From NCBI GenBank assembly GCA_963805085.1, contig CAWDTA010000005.1:544001-608000 (forward strand): a stretch of DNA of 64,000 nucleotides, read 5' to 3'. This document shows, piece by piece, positions 18,139-28,916 of the stretch (the stretch's first letter is position 1; each line of letters begins with the position of its first letter). The translations under genes were made by a program, and so were the position numbers. Origin of the DNA: an uncultured Veillonellaceae bacterium. Lineage in GTDB: Bacteria; Bacillota; Negativicutes; JARBTT01. Below the pieces are notes generated by a model. That model saw only the letters and a list, made by a program, of their open reading frames with translations. It ran no database searches and had not been told where the DNA came from.

Positions 18139-19425
18139 ATGAAAGTTACTGCGGAAAGAATAGACAATCATCAAGTTGTTTTAGAATTGGAAGTACCACA
18201 AGTAGAGATTGGTAAAGCGATTGAAAAGGCTTACACTAAACTTGCTAATAAAATAAATATCCCTGGTTTCCGTAAAGGAAAAGCTCCACGTAAAGTGATT
18301 GAAAACCGTATTGGTAAACAAGCAATTTTAGATGAAGCATTTGATATTGTCGCTCCAAAAGCTTACAGCCAAGCTCTAACAGAACAAAATCTTGAACCAG
18401 TGGGCAATCCTAAAATTGATGTTGTCGTTTTAGAAGAAGATAAAGATTTAGTATTCAAAGCAACAATTACAGCAAAGCCTGAAATCACTCTTGGTGATTA
18501 CAAAGGTTTAAAAGTTGAAAAAACTGCTGTAGAAGTTACTGATGAACAAGTTGACGCGCAAGTGAATAAAATGCTAGAAAACGCTGCTAAAATGGTAATT
18601 GTTGAAGGGGCTGAAATCCAAGATGGCGATTTCGCAGTAATCGACTTTGAAGGTTTCGTAGATGGCGTTGCATTTGAAGGTGGCGAAGGCAAAGGTTATC
18701 CGTTGCAAATCGGTTCCGGTAGCTTTATTCCAGGCTTTGAAGAACAATTAATTGGTGCAAAAGCTGGTGAAGAACGTGAAGTAAACGTATCGTTCCCAGA
18801 AGAATATCATGCTCCAAACCTTGCTGGTAAAGCATCAGTATTTAAAGTAAAAGTAAATGATGTTAAACGTAAAGAACTTCCAGCGTTAAATGATGAATTT
18901 GTGAAAGAAACAAGCGCATTTAACACTGTTGATGAATTAAAAGAAGACATCAAGAATAAATTAGAAACAACTGCAAAACAAAAAGCTGAAAACGATATGC
19001 GTTCCGCTGCTATTAAATTAGCAAGTGATAATGCGACTGTTGATATTCCAGAAGTAATGGTCGAAAATCGTATTGGTCATATGATTGAAGAGTTAAGCAT
19101 TAGCTTACAAAATCAAGGCCTTAAATTAGAACAGTACTTAGAATATGCTAAGCTTGATATGGCTAAACTTCGTGAAAACTATCGTGAAACAGCTATTATT
19201 AATGTGAAAACTGATTTAATGCTTGAAGCGGTTTCGAAAGCTGAGGAAGTAAAAGTGGAAGCATCTGATATCCAAGGTGAAATCGAACTTATGGCAAAAT
19301 CTTATGGAGCTACAGCTGGGCAAGTTCAAAAAATTATTCAAGAACAAGGTCGCATTGGCGATTTAGTAGCAACTATTCAACGTAAAAAAGCTGCCAAAGT
19401 AATTGTTGATAGTATTACTGAATAG
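18139..19425 (+). CDS. tig: Trigger factor
   Basis: PGFRKGKAP ribosome-binding motif, FKBP domain (FIPGFEEQL, FPEEYHA). Confidence 0.97.
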   Translation: MKVTAERIDNHQVVLELEVPQVEIGKAIEKAYTKLANKINIPGFRKGKAPRKVIENRIGKQAILDEAFDIVAPKAYSQALTEQNLEPVGNPKIDVVVLEEDKDLVFKATITAKPEITLGDYKGLKVEKTAVEVTDEQVDAQVNKMLENAAKMVIVEGAEIQDGDFAVIDFEGFVDGVAFEGGEGKGYPLQIGSGSFIPGFEEQLIGAKAGEEREVNVSFPEEYHAPNLAGKASVFKVKVNDVKRKELPALNDEFVKETSAFNTVDELKEDIKNKLETTAKQKAENDMRSAAIKLASDNATVDIPEVMVENRIGHMIEELSISLQNQGLKLEQYLEYAKLDMAKLRENYRETAIINVKTDLMLEAVSKAEEVKVEASDIQGEIELMAKSYGATAGQVQKIIQEQGRIGDLVATIQRKKAAKVIVDSITE

Positions 19426-19459
19426 TCATTGTGGTTAAATTTATAACCGGGGTGAGTTT

Positions 19460-20067
19460 ATGAATTATGTACCTATGGTAGTAGAACAGTCTAATCGCGG
19501 CGAACGCGCTTATGATATCTATTCCCGCTTATTAAAAGATCGTATCGTATTTATTGGTGGCCCAATTGATGATAATGTTGCAAATGTTGTTATTGCACAA
19601 TTGTTATTCTTAGAATCAGAAGATCCAGATAAAGATATACATTTATACATTAATAGCCCAGGGGGTGTAGTAACAGCTGGTCTTGCTATTTATGATACTA
19701 TGCAATACATAAAACCAGATGTTTCAACAATTTGCCTAGGGCAAGCAGCCAGTATGGGAGCATTGTTGTTAACAGCAGGTGCAAAGGGAAAACGATATGC
19801 ACTTCCATATGCTCGACATTATGATTCACCAGCCGTTAGGTGGGGCACAAGGACAGGCTACGGATATCCAGATTCAAGCCAAAGAAATACTCACGTTTAC
19901 GTGAAATTGGCAATGATATTTTAGTGAGCCACACTGGGCAACCACGTGAAAGAGTGCAAGCGGATACGGAGCGCGATTATTTCATGTCTAGTGAGCAAGC
20001 TAAAGAGTATGGTCTTATTGACGAAGTCATTACTCGTCCAGCTGATAAGACTGATAGCCCTAAATAG
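19460..20067 (+). pseudogene. clpP: ClpP protease, interrupted by two +1 frameshifts (about 19816 and 19893), probably sequence errors
   Basis: [19 protein letters not shown]; removing two bases restores [19 protein letters not shown]...ILRLRE...DTERDYFM. Confidence 0.85.
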
Positions 20068-20079
20068 AGAGGTGATAAC

Positions 20080-21341
20080 ATGTTAAAGTTTGGGGATGAA
20101 AAAGGTCAACTAAAATGTTCATTTTGTGGCAAAATTACAAGAACAAGTGAAAAAGATTAGTTGCAGGCCCTGGAGTTTATATTTGTGATGAATGTATAGA
20201 ACTTTGCAATGAAATAATTGAGGAAGAATTTAGTGGTGATGTCGAAGTCGAACTAAAGGAAGTTCCCAAACCAAAAGAAATTAAGGATATATTTAGATCA
20301 ATATGTGATTGGTCAAGATGCAGCAAAAAAAACTTTAGCAGTAGCAGTTTATAATCATTATAAAAGAATCAATATCGGCTCTAAAATAGATGATATAGAC
20401 TTGCAAAAAACTAATATTTTAATGCTGGGACCAACTGGTAGCGGTAAAACGTTACTTGCTCAAACTTTGGCAAGATCTTAAATGTACCTTTTGCAATTGC
20501 AGATGCTACTTCATTAACAGAAGCAGGGTATGTTGGAGAAGATGTTGAAAATATTCTTTTAAAATTAATTCAAGCTGCTGATTATGATGTAGAGAGAGCT
20601 GAAAAGGGTATTATCTATATTGATGAAATCGATAAAATTGCACGAAAATCAGAAAATCCTTCGATTACGAGAGATGTTTCTGGCGAAGGCGTACAACAAG
20701 CATTACTTAAAATCTTAGAAGGTACAGTTGCTAGTGTTCCTCCACAAGGTGGTAGAAAACACCCTCATCAAGAATTTATTCAAATTGATACTACAAATAT
20801 ATTATTTATTTGTGGTGGTGCTTTTGATGGTATTGAAAAGATCATTAGTGCACGTACTGGTACGAAAACATTAGGCTTTGGTGCTGAAATTAAGAGTAAA
20901 GACGAAAAGAAAATCGGAGAAGTTTTAAAATCCGTGCTTCCAGGTGATTTACTAAAAATCGGTTTAATTCCAGAGTTTGTTGGTCGTTTACCGGTGGTGG
21001 TAACACTAGATGCATTGGATGAATCTGCACTTGTTAGCATTTTAGTTAAACCGAAAAATGCTCTCGTGAAGCAATATCAGAAGTTCCTTGAAATGGATAA
21101 TGTGAAGCTTGAGTTTGATGATGAGGCACTGCAAGCAATTGCAAAAGAAGCTTTGAAACGCAATACTGGTGCACGTGGACTTAGGTCTATTATTGAATCA
21201 GTTATGTGTAATGTTATGTATGAAGTTCCATCGAGAACTGATGTGTCAAAATGCACCATAACAAAAGAAGCTGTTTTAAATAACGAAGAACCTCATTTGA
21301 CGACTGTTAAAACCAAAAATAAAAAAGAAGTATCTGCATAA
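20080..21341 (+). pseudogene. clpX: ClpX ATPase, interrupted by about four indels (about 20132, 20153, 20293, 20473), probably sequence errors
   Basis: [50 protein letters not shown], read across frame changes. Confidence 0.85.
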
Positions 21342-21344
21342 TTT

Positions 21345-21371
21345 ACGGAAGGCATTTGCCTTCCGTTTTTT
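21345..21371 (+). terminator. Terminator after clpX
   Basis: ACGGAAGGCA...TGCCTTCCGT plus T tract. Confidence 0.88.
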
Positions 21372-21470
21372 CTATGATTCACCAAATTTTTTGCGGATAA
21401 AAACGCTTTCTTCGTTAATAATAGAAATGTAACGATTGTATTTTATTATTGAAAAAGGGGGCTTTTTTCA

Positions 21471-23162
21471 TTGGATTATGCAGTTAATGCGATCACGTTT
21501 ATCCAATTATTTTTTGTTATCGTTATAGGTCTATATTTCTTCTCATTGCTTAAATCACAGCAAGGAAATAAGAGTGCTGTCAATCGAGAATCAAAAAAGG
21601 AGATGGAGAAACTTCAAAAACTTCGTGAAATTTCCTTAACGGAGCCGTTATCAGAAAAAACAAGACCGAGTCATTTTTATGAAATCATTGGACAAGATGA
21701 AGGGATTAAAGCTCTTCGGGCAGCTTTATGTGGAGTGAATCCACAGCATGTTATCATATATGGGCCACCGGGTATCGGAAAAACTGCGGCTGCGCGATTG
21801 GTATTGGAAGAAGCAAAACGCTATACAACGTCTCCATTTGCCAGAGACGCTAAATTTATTGAAATGGATGCTACAACGGCTAGATTTGATGAACGCGGCA
21901 TTGCTGATCCGCTCATTGGAACTGTGCATGATCCGATTTATCAAGGCGCAGGTGCTCTCGGTATCGCTGGGGTGCCACAACCCAAGGCTGGAGCAGTGAC
22001 GAAGGCGCATGGCGGTATTTTGTTTATTGATGAAATAGGTGAATTGCATCATATTCAGATGAATAAGCTACTAAAAGTACTAGAAGATCGTAAAGTCTTT
22101 TTAGAAAGTTCCTATTATAATAGTGAGGATACTAATATACCAAATTATATTCACGATATTTTTCAGAATGGACTGCCAGCGGATTTTCGACTTGTAGCAG
22201 CTACGACTAGACTTCCGCAGGAAATACCTTTAGCCATTCGATCAAGGTGTGTTGAAATATTCTTCCGCCAGTTGCTTCCCGAAGAGGTGGCTGTGATTGC
22301 TCGCAATGCTTTTCGGAAAATATCGTTTGATTTCGAAGAGAAAGCAATTGAAGTGATTCAAAATTATGCAATGAATGGTAGGGATGCTGTAAATATCGTA
22401 CAAATAGCCACTGGTGTAGCAATAAATGAAGGGGCTAGTACTGTAAAAGCCGCTGACGTAGAATGGGTTGTAAACTTTGGCCAATACAATCCAAGGTGTG
22501 ATAAAAAAATTGCGCCAAAACCGCAAATTGGTTTTGTGAATGGACTGGCTGTATATGGAGCAAATTTGGGCGCAATGATGGAAGTAGAAGCTTGTGCCGT
22601 AGAAAATAAATTTGGCGCTGGTACCTTGATTGTTACAGGTGTGGTTGATGAGGAAGAAATCACTTCACCAGGGCACACGGTTCGTCGTAAGAGTATGGCA
22701 AAAGAATCGGTAGAAAATGTGATTACAGTACTAGCAAATCAGTATGAAATTAATTTTAAAAAATATAATGTTCATGTTAATTTTCCCAGTGCTGGGCCTG
22801 TTGATGGACCCTCGGCCGGTGTGAGTATCGCGATTGCGATTTATTCCGCAATTAATCAAATTCCCATTGATAATACAGTAGCGATGACGGGGGAAATTTC
22901 GATTCGTGGTTTGATTCATCCCGTTGGTGGTGTAAGTGCTAAAATTAGTGCGGCTAAGCAGGCGGGAGCTCGCAAGGTTTTGATTCCCAAAGGAAATATG
23001 CAGATGTTATATGGAAACTATGGGATAGAAATCATTGGAATTGAAACATTAGAGGAAGCGATTGCAGAATCATCTATTTCTAATCATGCGCAAGAATGTA
23101 TAAAAACAAAAGTACCACAACCAGATTTATTAACAGCAGCAAGTGCGACGGTACATATCTAG
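21471..23162 (+). CDS. lonB: ATP-dependent protease LonB (sporulation-type, membrane-anchored)
   Basis: N-terminal TM, GPPGIGKT, FDERGIADPLIG, DGPSAG; sits between clpX and lon. Confidence 0.93.
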   Translation: MDYAVNAITFIQLFFVIVIGLYFFSLLKSQQGNKSAVNRESKKEMEKLQKLREISLTEPLSEKTRPSHFYEIIGQDEGIKALRAALCGVNPQHVIIYGPPGIGKTAAARLVLEEAKRYTTSPFARDAKFIEMDATTARFDERGIADPLIGTVHDPIYQGAGALGIAGVPQPKAGAVTKAHGGILFIDEIGELHHIQMNKLLKVLEDRKVFLESSYYNSEDTNIPNYIHDIFQNGLPADFRLVAATTRLPQEIPLAIRSRCVEIFFRQLLPEEVAVIARNAFRKISFDFEEKAIEVIQNYAMNGRDAVNIVQIATGVAINEGASTVKAADVEWVVNFGQYNPRCDKKIAPKPQIGFVNGLAVYGANLGAMMEVEACAVENKFGAGTLIVTGVVDEEEITSPGHTVRRKSMAKESVENVITVLANQYEINFKKYNVHVNFPSAGPVDGPSAGVSIAIAIYSAINQIPIDNTVAMTGEISIRGLIHPVGGVSAKISAAKQAGARKVLIPKGNMQMLYGNYGIEIIGIETLEEAIAESSISNHAQECIKTKVPQPDLLTAASATVHI

Positions 23163-23268
23163 CGCAGTTTTAAAAGAGGTATGATAGCTAAATAAGACTG
23201 AAAATATTCTGATTTGGAATTTTTCTGGCGATATTTAGCTATTTTTTTGTTATTCTTGGTAAATTTAA

Positions 23269-23294
23269 AGGATTTTGGCCACTCTTTTAAGAAT
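23269..23294 (+). promoter_or_regulatory. Sigma-H-type promoter upstream of lon
   Basis: AAAGGATTT...GAAT with 18 nt AGGA-GAAT spacing. Confidence 0.5.
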
Positions 23295-23359
23295 ATAAGA
23301 ATATTTAGGATAACTAAAGTTGAAACTAAGATAAGGTAAGAGAACGAGGAGGCGGTTTG

Positions 23360-25678
23360 ATGATTAAAAATCGTAAGATACCATTATTGCCATTAAGGGG
23401 AATCATGGTTTTTCCATATATGATTATACATTTAGATGTAGGTCGTGAAAAATCTATAGCGGCGTTAGAAGAAGCTATGGTACAAGATAGAATGATTATG
23501 TTATCAGCACAAAAGGATGCGGGAATTGACAATCCAACCAAAGACGAAATTTTTGAAATTGGTACGGTTGCTGAAGTAAAACAATTATTAAAGTTACCGG
23601 GTGGAACCATTCGGGTATTGGTAGAAGGTTTAAATAGGGCTAAAATCAAGAGCTATATGGATCATAATACTTATTATGAAGTGGAAGTCGATATCTTTGA
23701 AGATGCCCAAGAGGAATCCTTAGAAGTCGAAGCCTTGATGCGGGCGGTTGTAAATCAATTTGAACAATGGGTAAAGCTCAGCAAAAAGATTCCACCAGAA
23801 ACGCTGGTATCAGTGGTTGTGATCGAGGAAGCAGGGCGCTTGTGTGATCTCATTGCTAGCCATTTATCACTTAAAATTGAAGATAAACAAGCATTGCTAG
23901 ATTCAATCGGAATCAAAGAAAGACTGGAAAAGGTTTGTGAAATTATCAGTCGTGAAATGGAAATCTTAGAAATTGAACGCAAAATCAGTGGTCGTGTAAG
24001 AAAACAAATGGAAAAAACCCAAAAAGAATATTATTTGCGTGAACAATTAAAAGCCATCCAAAAAGAACTAGGTGATAAAGATGATAAAACAAGCGAAATA
24101 GAGGAATATAATAAACGATTAGAAGAAGGCAGTTATCCTGACAATGTGAAAGAAAAAATCAATAAAGAAATTGGTCGTTTAGAAAAAATGTCGAGTATGT
24201 CGGCAGAAACTGGCGTAATTCGTACTTATATTGATTGGATATTGTCTTTGCCGTGGGATAAATTAACCGAAGATAGATTGGATATCGGTATTGCAGAAGA
24301 AATTTTAAATACGGATCATTATGGCTTAGAAAAAGTCAAAGAGCGTATTTTAGAATACCTATCGATCAGAAAACTTGCTGATCATCTGAAAGGGCCAATC
24401 CTATGTTTAGTTGGACCGCCTGGTGTGGGGAAAACCTCACTAGCACGTTCAATTGCAAGAGCAATGGAACGCAATTTCGTTCGTGTTTCATTGGGAGGGG
24501 TACGCGATGAAGCGGAAATCCGCGGTCATCGTCGCACTTATGTAGGTGCCTTGCCTGGTCGAATTATTCAAGGAATGAAAACAGCTGGTTCTAAAAATCC
24601 AGTTTTTTTATTAGATGAAATTGATAAGATGAATGCAGATTTTAAAGGGGATCCATCAGCAGCACTACTTGAAGTATTAGATCCAGAACAAAATAACACC
24701 TTTAGTGACCATTATCTTGAGCTGCCATATGATTTGTCCAAAGTGTTATGGATTGTGACAGCAAATGGTATGCATAATATACCGCGGCCACTCCGTGACC
24801 GCATGGAGATTATTAATATCCCAGGTTATACTGAGGAAGAAAAAGTACAAATAGCCAAGCGATATCTGGTAGAAAAGCAATTGAGCGAACATGGTTTAAC
24901 TAAGAAACAGTTAACATTATCAGATAACACCATTCAAAAATTAATTGCTGAATATACACGTGAAGCAGGTGTACGGAGCTTGGAACGTACTATTGCAACG
25001 GTATGTCGTAAAGTGGCACGCCAAATTGTGCAAAATGATAAAAAAGCAGTAAAAGTAACATCGCAAAATTTGCATAAATTCCTTGGTGCAGCTAAGTATA
25101 ACCATCGCAAGGCAGAAGAAAACCATCAAGTAGGTGTGAGTACAGGGCTTGCGTGGACTGAGGTTGGCGGTGATGTATTGCCAACAGAAGTTACCATATT
25201 AAAAGGCAAGGGGAAGTTGATTTTAACGGGGCAATTAGGCGAAGTTATGCGTGAATCGGCGCAAGCAGGGATGAGTTATATTAGAAGTCGAGCGGAAGAA
25301 CTTCATATTCCAAATGATTTTTATGAAAAACAAGATATTCATATTCATTTACCAGAAGGTGCAATTCCTAAAGATGGCCCATCTGCTGGTATTACGATGG
25401 CGACCGCTGTTGTGTCAGCATTGACTGGTAAAAAAGTGCGTAGTGATGTCGCAATGACAGGTGAGATTACTTTACGTGGACGGGTACTTCCTATCGGTGG
25501 ACTGAAAGAGAAAGTATTAGCGGCACATCGGATAGGAATAAAAACGATTATTTTACCAAGAGAAAATAAACGTGATATGGATGAAATCCCGAACAACGTG
25601 AAACGAAATTTAGAATTTGTATTAGTGGAGCATATGGATGAAGTTTTAAAATGTGCATTGGTGAAGGAAAATGAATGA
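23360..25678 (+). CDS. lon: Endopeptidase La (Lon)
   Basis: [36 protein letters not shown]. Confidence 0.97.
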   Translation: MIKNRKIPLLPLRGIMVFPYMIIHLDVGREKSIAALEEAMVQDRMIMLSAQKDAGIDNPTKDEIFEIGTVAEVKQLLKLPGGTIRVLVEGLNRAKIKSYMDHNTYYEVEVDIFEDAQEESLEVEALMRAVVNQFEQWVKLSKKIPPETLVSVVVIEEAGRLCDLIASHLSLKIEDKQALLDSIGIKERLEKVCEIISREMEILEIERKISGRVRKQMEKTQKEYYLREQLKAIQKELGDKDDKTSEIEEYNKRLEEGSYPDNVKEKINKEIGRLEKMSSMSAETGVIRTYIDWILSLPWDKLTEDRLDIGIAEEILNTDHYGLEKVKERILEYLSIRKLADHLKGPILCLVGPPGVGKTSLARSIARAMERNFVRVSLGGVRDEAEIRGHRRTYVGALPGRIIQGMKTAGSKNPVFLLDEIDKMNADFKGDPSAALLEVLDPEQNNTFSDHYLELPYDLSKVLWIVTANGMHNIPRPLRDRMEIINIPGYTEEEKVQIAKRYLVEKQLSEHGLTKKQLTLSDNTIQKLIAEYTREAGVRSLERTIATVCRKVARQIVQNDKKAVKVTSQNLHKFLGAAKYNHRKAEENHQVGVSTGLAWTEVGGDVLPTEVTILKGKGKLILTGQLGEVMRESAQAGMSYIRSRAEELHIPNDFYEKQDIHIHLPEGAIPKDGPSAGITMATAVVSALTGKKVRSDVAMTGEITLRGRVLPIGGLKEKVLAAHRIGIKTIILPRENKRDMDEIPNNVKRNLEFVLVEHMDEVLKCALVKENE

Positions 25679-26294
25679 AGAGATTATAATTACCCAGGGA
25701 AAATATATTGCTTCTGCCGTAAGGGTGGATCAATATCCTGAACGAGATTTAAAAGAGATTGTATTTATTGGCCGGTCTAATGTCGGCAAGTCTTCTTTGA
25801 TTAATTCTCTGACTCGTATTGGTGGTTTAGCGAGAGTTAGTGGTACGCCAGGTAAAACACAAACGATTAATTTTTATGAATTAAGTGCAAAAATGCCAGA
25901 GGAAGAAGAGCGTAGAGATTTTTATCTAGTCGATTTACCTGGTTATGGCTACGCGAAAACGGGTAAAGAAAATCGCAGCCGCTGGTCAAAATTTATTGAT
26001 GAATATTTATTAAAATCAGAACGGTTGCAATTTGTATGTCAGCTCATTGACATTAGACATGAACCAATGCCGAGTGATATTGATATGTTCAAATGGTTGG
26101 TAAAAAACAATCTACCGGTATTGGTCATTGCAACCAAGTCAGATAAATTAAGTAAAAATCAAGTACAGAAAAACATTATGTTAATTAAAAAGACATTAGG
26201 CGTGCCAGAGTTAGATATATTACCTTATTCATCAGTGAAAAGTGAAGGACGTTCATTTTTACTTGACGTTATTGGTAGTGTTTTGGTAGAATAG
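25671..26294 (+). CDS. engB: Ribosome biogenesis GTPase YsxC/EngB
   Basis: [23 protein letters not shown]. Confidence 0.95.
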   Translation: MNEEIIITQGKYIASAVRVDQYPERDLKEIVFIGRSNVGKSSLINSLTRIGGLARVSGTPGKTQTINFYELSAKMPEEEERRDFYLVDLPGYGYAKTGKENRSRWSKFIDEYLLKSERLQFVCQLIDIRHEPMPSDIDMFKWLVKNNLPVLVIATKSDKLSKNQVQKNIMLIKKTLGVPELDILPYSSVKSEGRSFLLDVIGSVLVE

Positions 26295-26304
26295 AAATAG
26301 GGAT

Positions 26305-26336
26305 AATAAGAGACAGTTATAACTGTCTCTTATTTA
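26305..26336 (+). terminator. Terminator after engB (30-bp perfect palindrome)
   Basis: AATAAGAGACAGTTA|TAACTGTCTCTTATT. Confidence 0.75.
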
Positions 26337-26388
26337 TGTAAATAATTTTTATCGTGGTTGTCGTATTTTACAGAGAAGGAGCGACATA

Positions 26389-26841
26389 ATGTTAACAGCT
26401 TTTGATAAGGAATTGTTAAATATTCTACAAACAGAATTACCAATTAGTAAACGTCCTTTTGCTGATTTAGCGCAAGTTTTAGGAACGGATGAGACAGTAG
26501 TCATCAATCGATTAACAGAACTGAAAGAACAAGGTTATTTAAGAAGGATTGGTCCATTTTTTGATTCTACGAAACTTGGCTATGCTGGCACTCTGATTGC
26601 GACTAAGGTAACGGATGGCTATATGGAAAGTGTAGCCCGCGAAATCAATACATATCCTGGCGTTACGCATAATTATGAACGTGAAGGCGATTTTAATTTG
26701 TGGTTTACGTTACTCACACCTGATGTGGAAACTCAAGATAAGATTTTAGCCACCATACGTAATTTGCCTGGAGTTGAGAAGTTAATAAGTTTGAAGGCTA
26801 ACCGTAAGTATAAAGTTAGCGTTCAGTTTAAGTTGAAGTAG
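26389..26841 (+). CDS. ahbA: Siroheme decarboxylase subunit alpha (AsnC/Lrp-like)
   Basis: LQ..LP...RPF, LRRIG, GVTHNYER, NLWFT. Confidence 0.85.
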   Translation: MLTAFDKELLNILQTELPISKRPFADLAQVLGTDETVVINRLTELKEQGYLRRIGPFFDSTKLGYAGTLIATKVTDGYMESVAREINTYPGVTHNYEREGDFNLWFTLLTPDVETQDKILATIRNLPGVEKLISLKANRKYKVSVQFKLK

Positions 26842-26850
26842 GTGAAAGCA

Positions 26851-27321
26851 ATGGATGAATTAGATAAAAAAATAATAAGAGCTATGCAAGATGAATTTCC
26901 ATTGGTAGCAGAACCTTATCAAGTGTTAGCTAAGCAAATTGGCATTACACAAGAAGAACTCATTGAACGATTAAAAAGGTATAAACGGTCGGGCCAAATT
27001 CGCAAAATGGGGGCAGTACTTAGACATCGTGAAGTTGGGTATGCAGCTAACGCATTATGCGCGTGGGTAGTGCCAGAAAGTCGGCTAGAAGAAGTGGCAA
27101 CTTTGATGGCGACTAGTCCATCCATATCGCATTGTTATGATCGCAATACTATGCCTGGATGGCCGTATAACGTGTATACGATGATTCACGGACACAGTCG
27201 TGAAGAGTGTGAAGCAATAGCAAATAAAATTGCCGAGCAAAATAACTTAACGGAAAAAACAATGTTATATAGCTTAAAAGAATGGAAAAAAACAAGTATG
27301 CGTTATTTTTGTGAAGGATAA
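26851..27321 (+). CDS. ahbB: Siroheme decarboxylase subunit beta
   Basis: IRKMGAVLRHREVGY, SHCYDR, WPYNVYTMIH, KEWKKTSMRYF; alternative GTG 26842. Confidence 0.87.
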   Translation: MDELDKKIIRAMQDEFPLVAEPYQVLAKQIGITQEELIERLKRYKRSGQIRKMGAVLRHREVGYAANALCAWVVPESRLEEVATLMATSPSISHCYDRNTMPGWPYNVYTMIHGHSREECEAIANKIAEQNNLTEKTMLYSLKEWKKTSMRYFCEG

Positions 27322-27365
27322 TATTTATTATTTAAGGTTGAATTTATAAAATAGTTATCATTTTG

Positions 27366-27399
27366 AAATGCAGAGGCAATCATTGCCTCTGCATTTTTT
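27366..27399 (+). terminator. Terminator after ahbB
   Basis: AAATGCAGAGGCAAT-C-ATTGCCTCTGCATTT plus T tract. Confidence 0.88.
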
Positions 27400-27439
27400 A
27401 TATTTAACGCGATATAACTTAATTTTTAAATAAAATATA

Positions 27440-27468
27440 TTGAATTTTGTATACAAAAAGCATATAAT
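27440..27468 (+). promoter_or_regulatory. Sigma-A promoter with palindromic operator in the spacer
   Basis: TTGAAT-17 nt-TATAAT containing TTTTGTATACAAAA (27445-27458). Confidence 0.6.
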
Positions 27469-27550
27469 AACAAGTGCCGTAAAAAACAATGGTATTTAAG
27501 GCGAAAACAAAATAAATTAATGTTTGCGGTTTTGAAATGAGGTTATTATT

Positions 27551-28813
27551 ATGTCAAGAACAAATAAGTGTTTAAATGTATATCAAGGTGTGGGTATTTT
27601 AGTATCAACATTGCTTGGTTCGAGTATTTTTATAATTCCAGCGATTGCAGCGGATCTTGCTGGGAATAAATCTATTATAGCGTGGATACTTACCATTTTA
27701 TGTGTGATACCAGTTGCATTTACGTTTAGTAATCTTGGCACAAAATATCCTAGTGAAGGCGGAACTGCATATTTTATAAAACAATCTTTTGGTGAAAAAT
27801 TTGCAAAACTTACGTCCTGGTTATATTTATCTGCATTACCGATTTGTCCGCCGATTATCGTTATTACAGGAGCAAGTTATATAGGGGCAATTTGGGGTGG
27901 CAGTCAATGGCAGATTTTCACGGTCTGTATAGCGATGCTTGCAGGATTGTTTTGTATTAATTTATATGGACTACAGTTTGCCAGTAAAATGCAATCTTTT
28001 GTTTCAGTGATTATTGTTGGGATTCTTGTGACACTGATTATTTTGGCGCTTACAAAAGTTGATGTAGTATCTGGCTTAGTTATAAAAATGAATTTCGGTG
28101 ACATTTCATTGATGAAGACAACAATATCATTAGTTTTTTGGTGCTTTGTTGGTATTGAAGCTGTGGTTCATATCGCTGGTGATTTTAAAAATGTCGAACG
28201 CGATTTTCCGCTTACCATATTAATTAGTCTATTTATTGTTGGCGGAATTTGTATTCTATTAAGTCTTATCGTATTGAAATTTCATACCTATGGTAGTGAA
28301 GCTCTGAATTCAAATTATATAGTAGCTTTGTTTGATTTATTGATTGGTCATTCTGGAAAAGTTTTTGTTGCAATTATGGCTTTTTTTGCAGCCTTAGCAG
28401 CAGTGAATGTATATCTAATGAGCTTTTCAAAAATGATTTATGCAATGAGTGTTACTGGGGTAGTAAATGAACGTTTTAAAACTACGAATAAGAATGGTAT
28501 GCCAGTGAATGCGTTGATTGTTTGTTACGGTTTGGCGACTGTGACGATTGTATTAAAATATGTGTTCAATATCAATCTAGATGAACTTATTCTTTATGCA
28601 AATAGTGTTTTTATTGCAATTTATTTATTGGCATCTATCTCAGGAATTGTATTGCTTGAGGGCTATAAAAAATATATGGCTGTTGCTTCAACGCTGTTTT
28701 GTAGCTTAATCTTCTTATCATTAGGCTGGAAAATTGTATATGTAGTAGCTTTAATCGGATTATTTTGTATTATAGAATATATGATAGAACAAAAAAGTGC
28801 ACTAAGAATATAA
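27551..28813 (+). CDS. APC-family amino-acid transporter, YjeH-like (Met/branched-chain amino acid exporter)
   Basis: QGVGILVSTLLGSSIFIIPA, YPSEGG, FWCFVGIEA, ANSVFIAIY. Confidence 0.78.
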   Translation: MSRTNKCLNVYQGVGILVSTLLGSSIFIIPAIAADLAGNKSIIAWILTILCVIPVAFTFSNLGTKYPSEGGTAYFIKQSFGEKFAKLTSWLYLSALPICPPIIVITGASYIGAIWGGSQWQIFTVCIAMLAGLFCINLYGLQFASKMQSFVSVIIVGILVTLIILALTKVDVVSGLVIKMNFGDISLMKTTISLVFWCFVGIEAVVHIAGDFKNVERDFPLTILISLFIVGGICILLSLIVLKFHTYGSEALNSNYIVALFDLLIGHSGKVFVAIMAFFAALAAVNVYLMSFSKMIYAMSVTGVVNERFKTTNKNGMPVNALIVCYGLATVTIVLKYVFNINLDELILYANSVFIAIYLLASISGIVLLEGYKKYMAVASTLFCSLIFLSLGWKIVYVVALIGLFCIIEYMIEQKSALRI

Positions 28814-28916
28814 TAATCGAGTAATGATTGTTTTATCGCATTATTACTGATAAAATTATAATTATTTGCTGATTTTACCTAACGGGTAATGTGAATATGC
28901 ATTTAGTGGAAATGAG

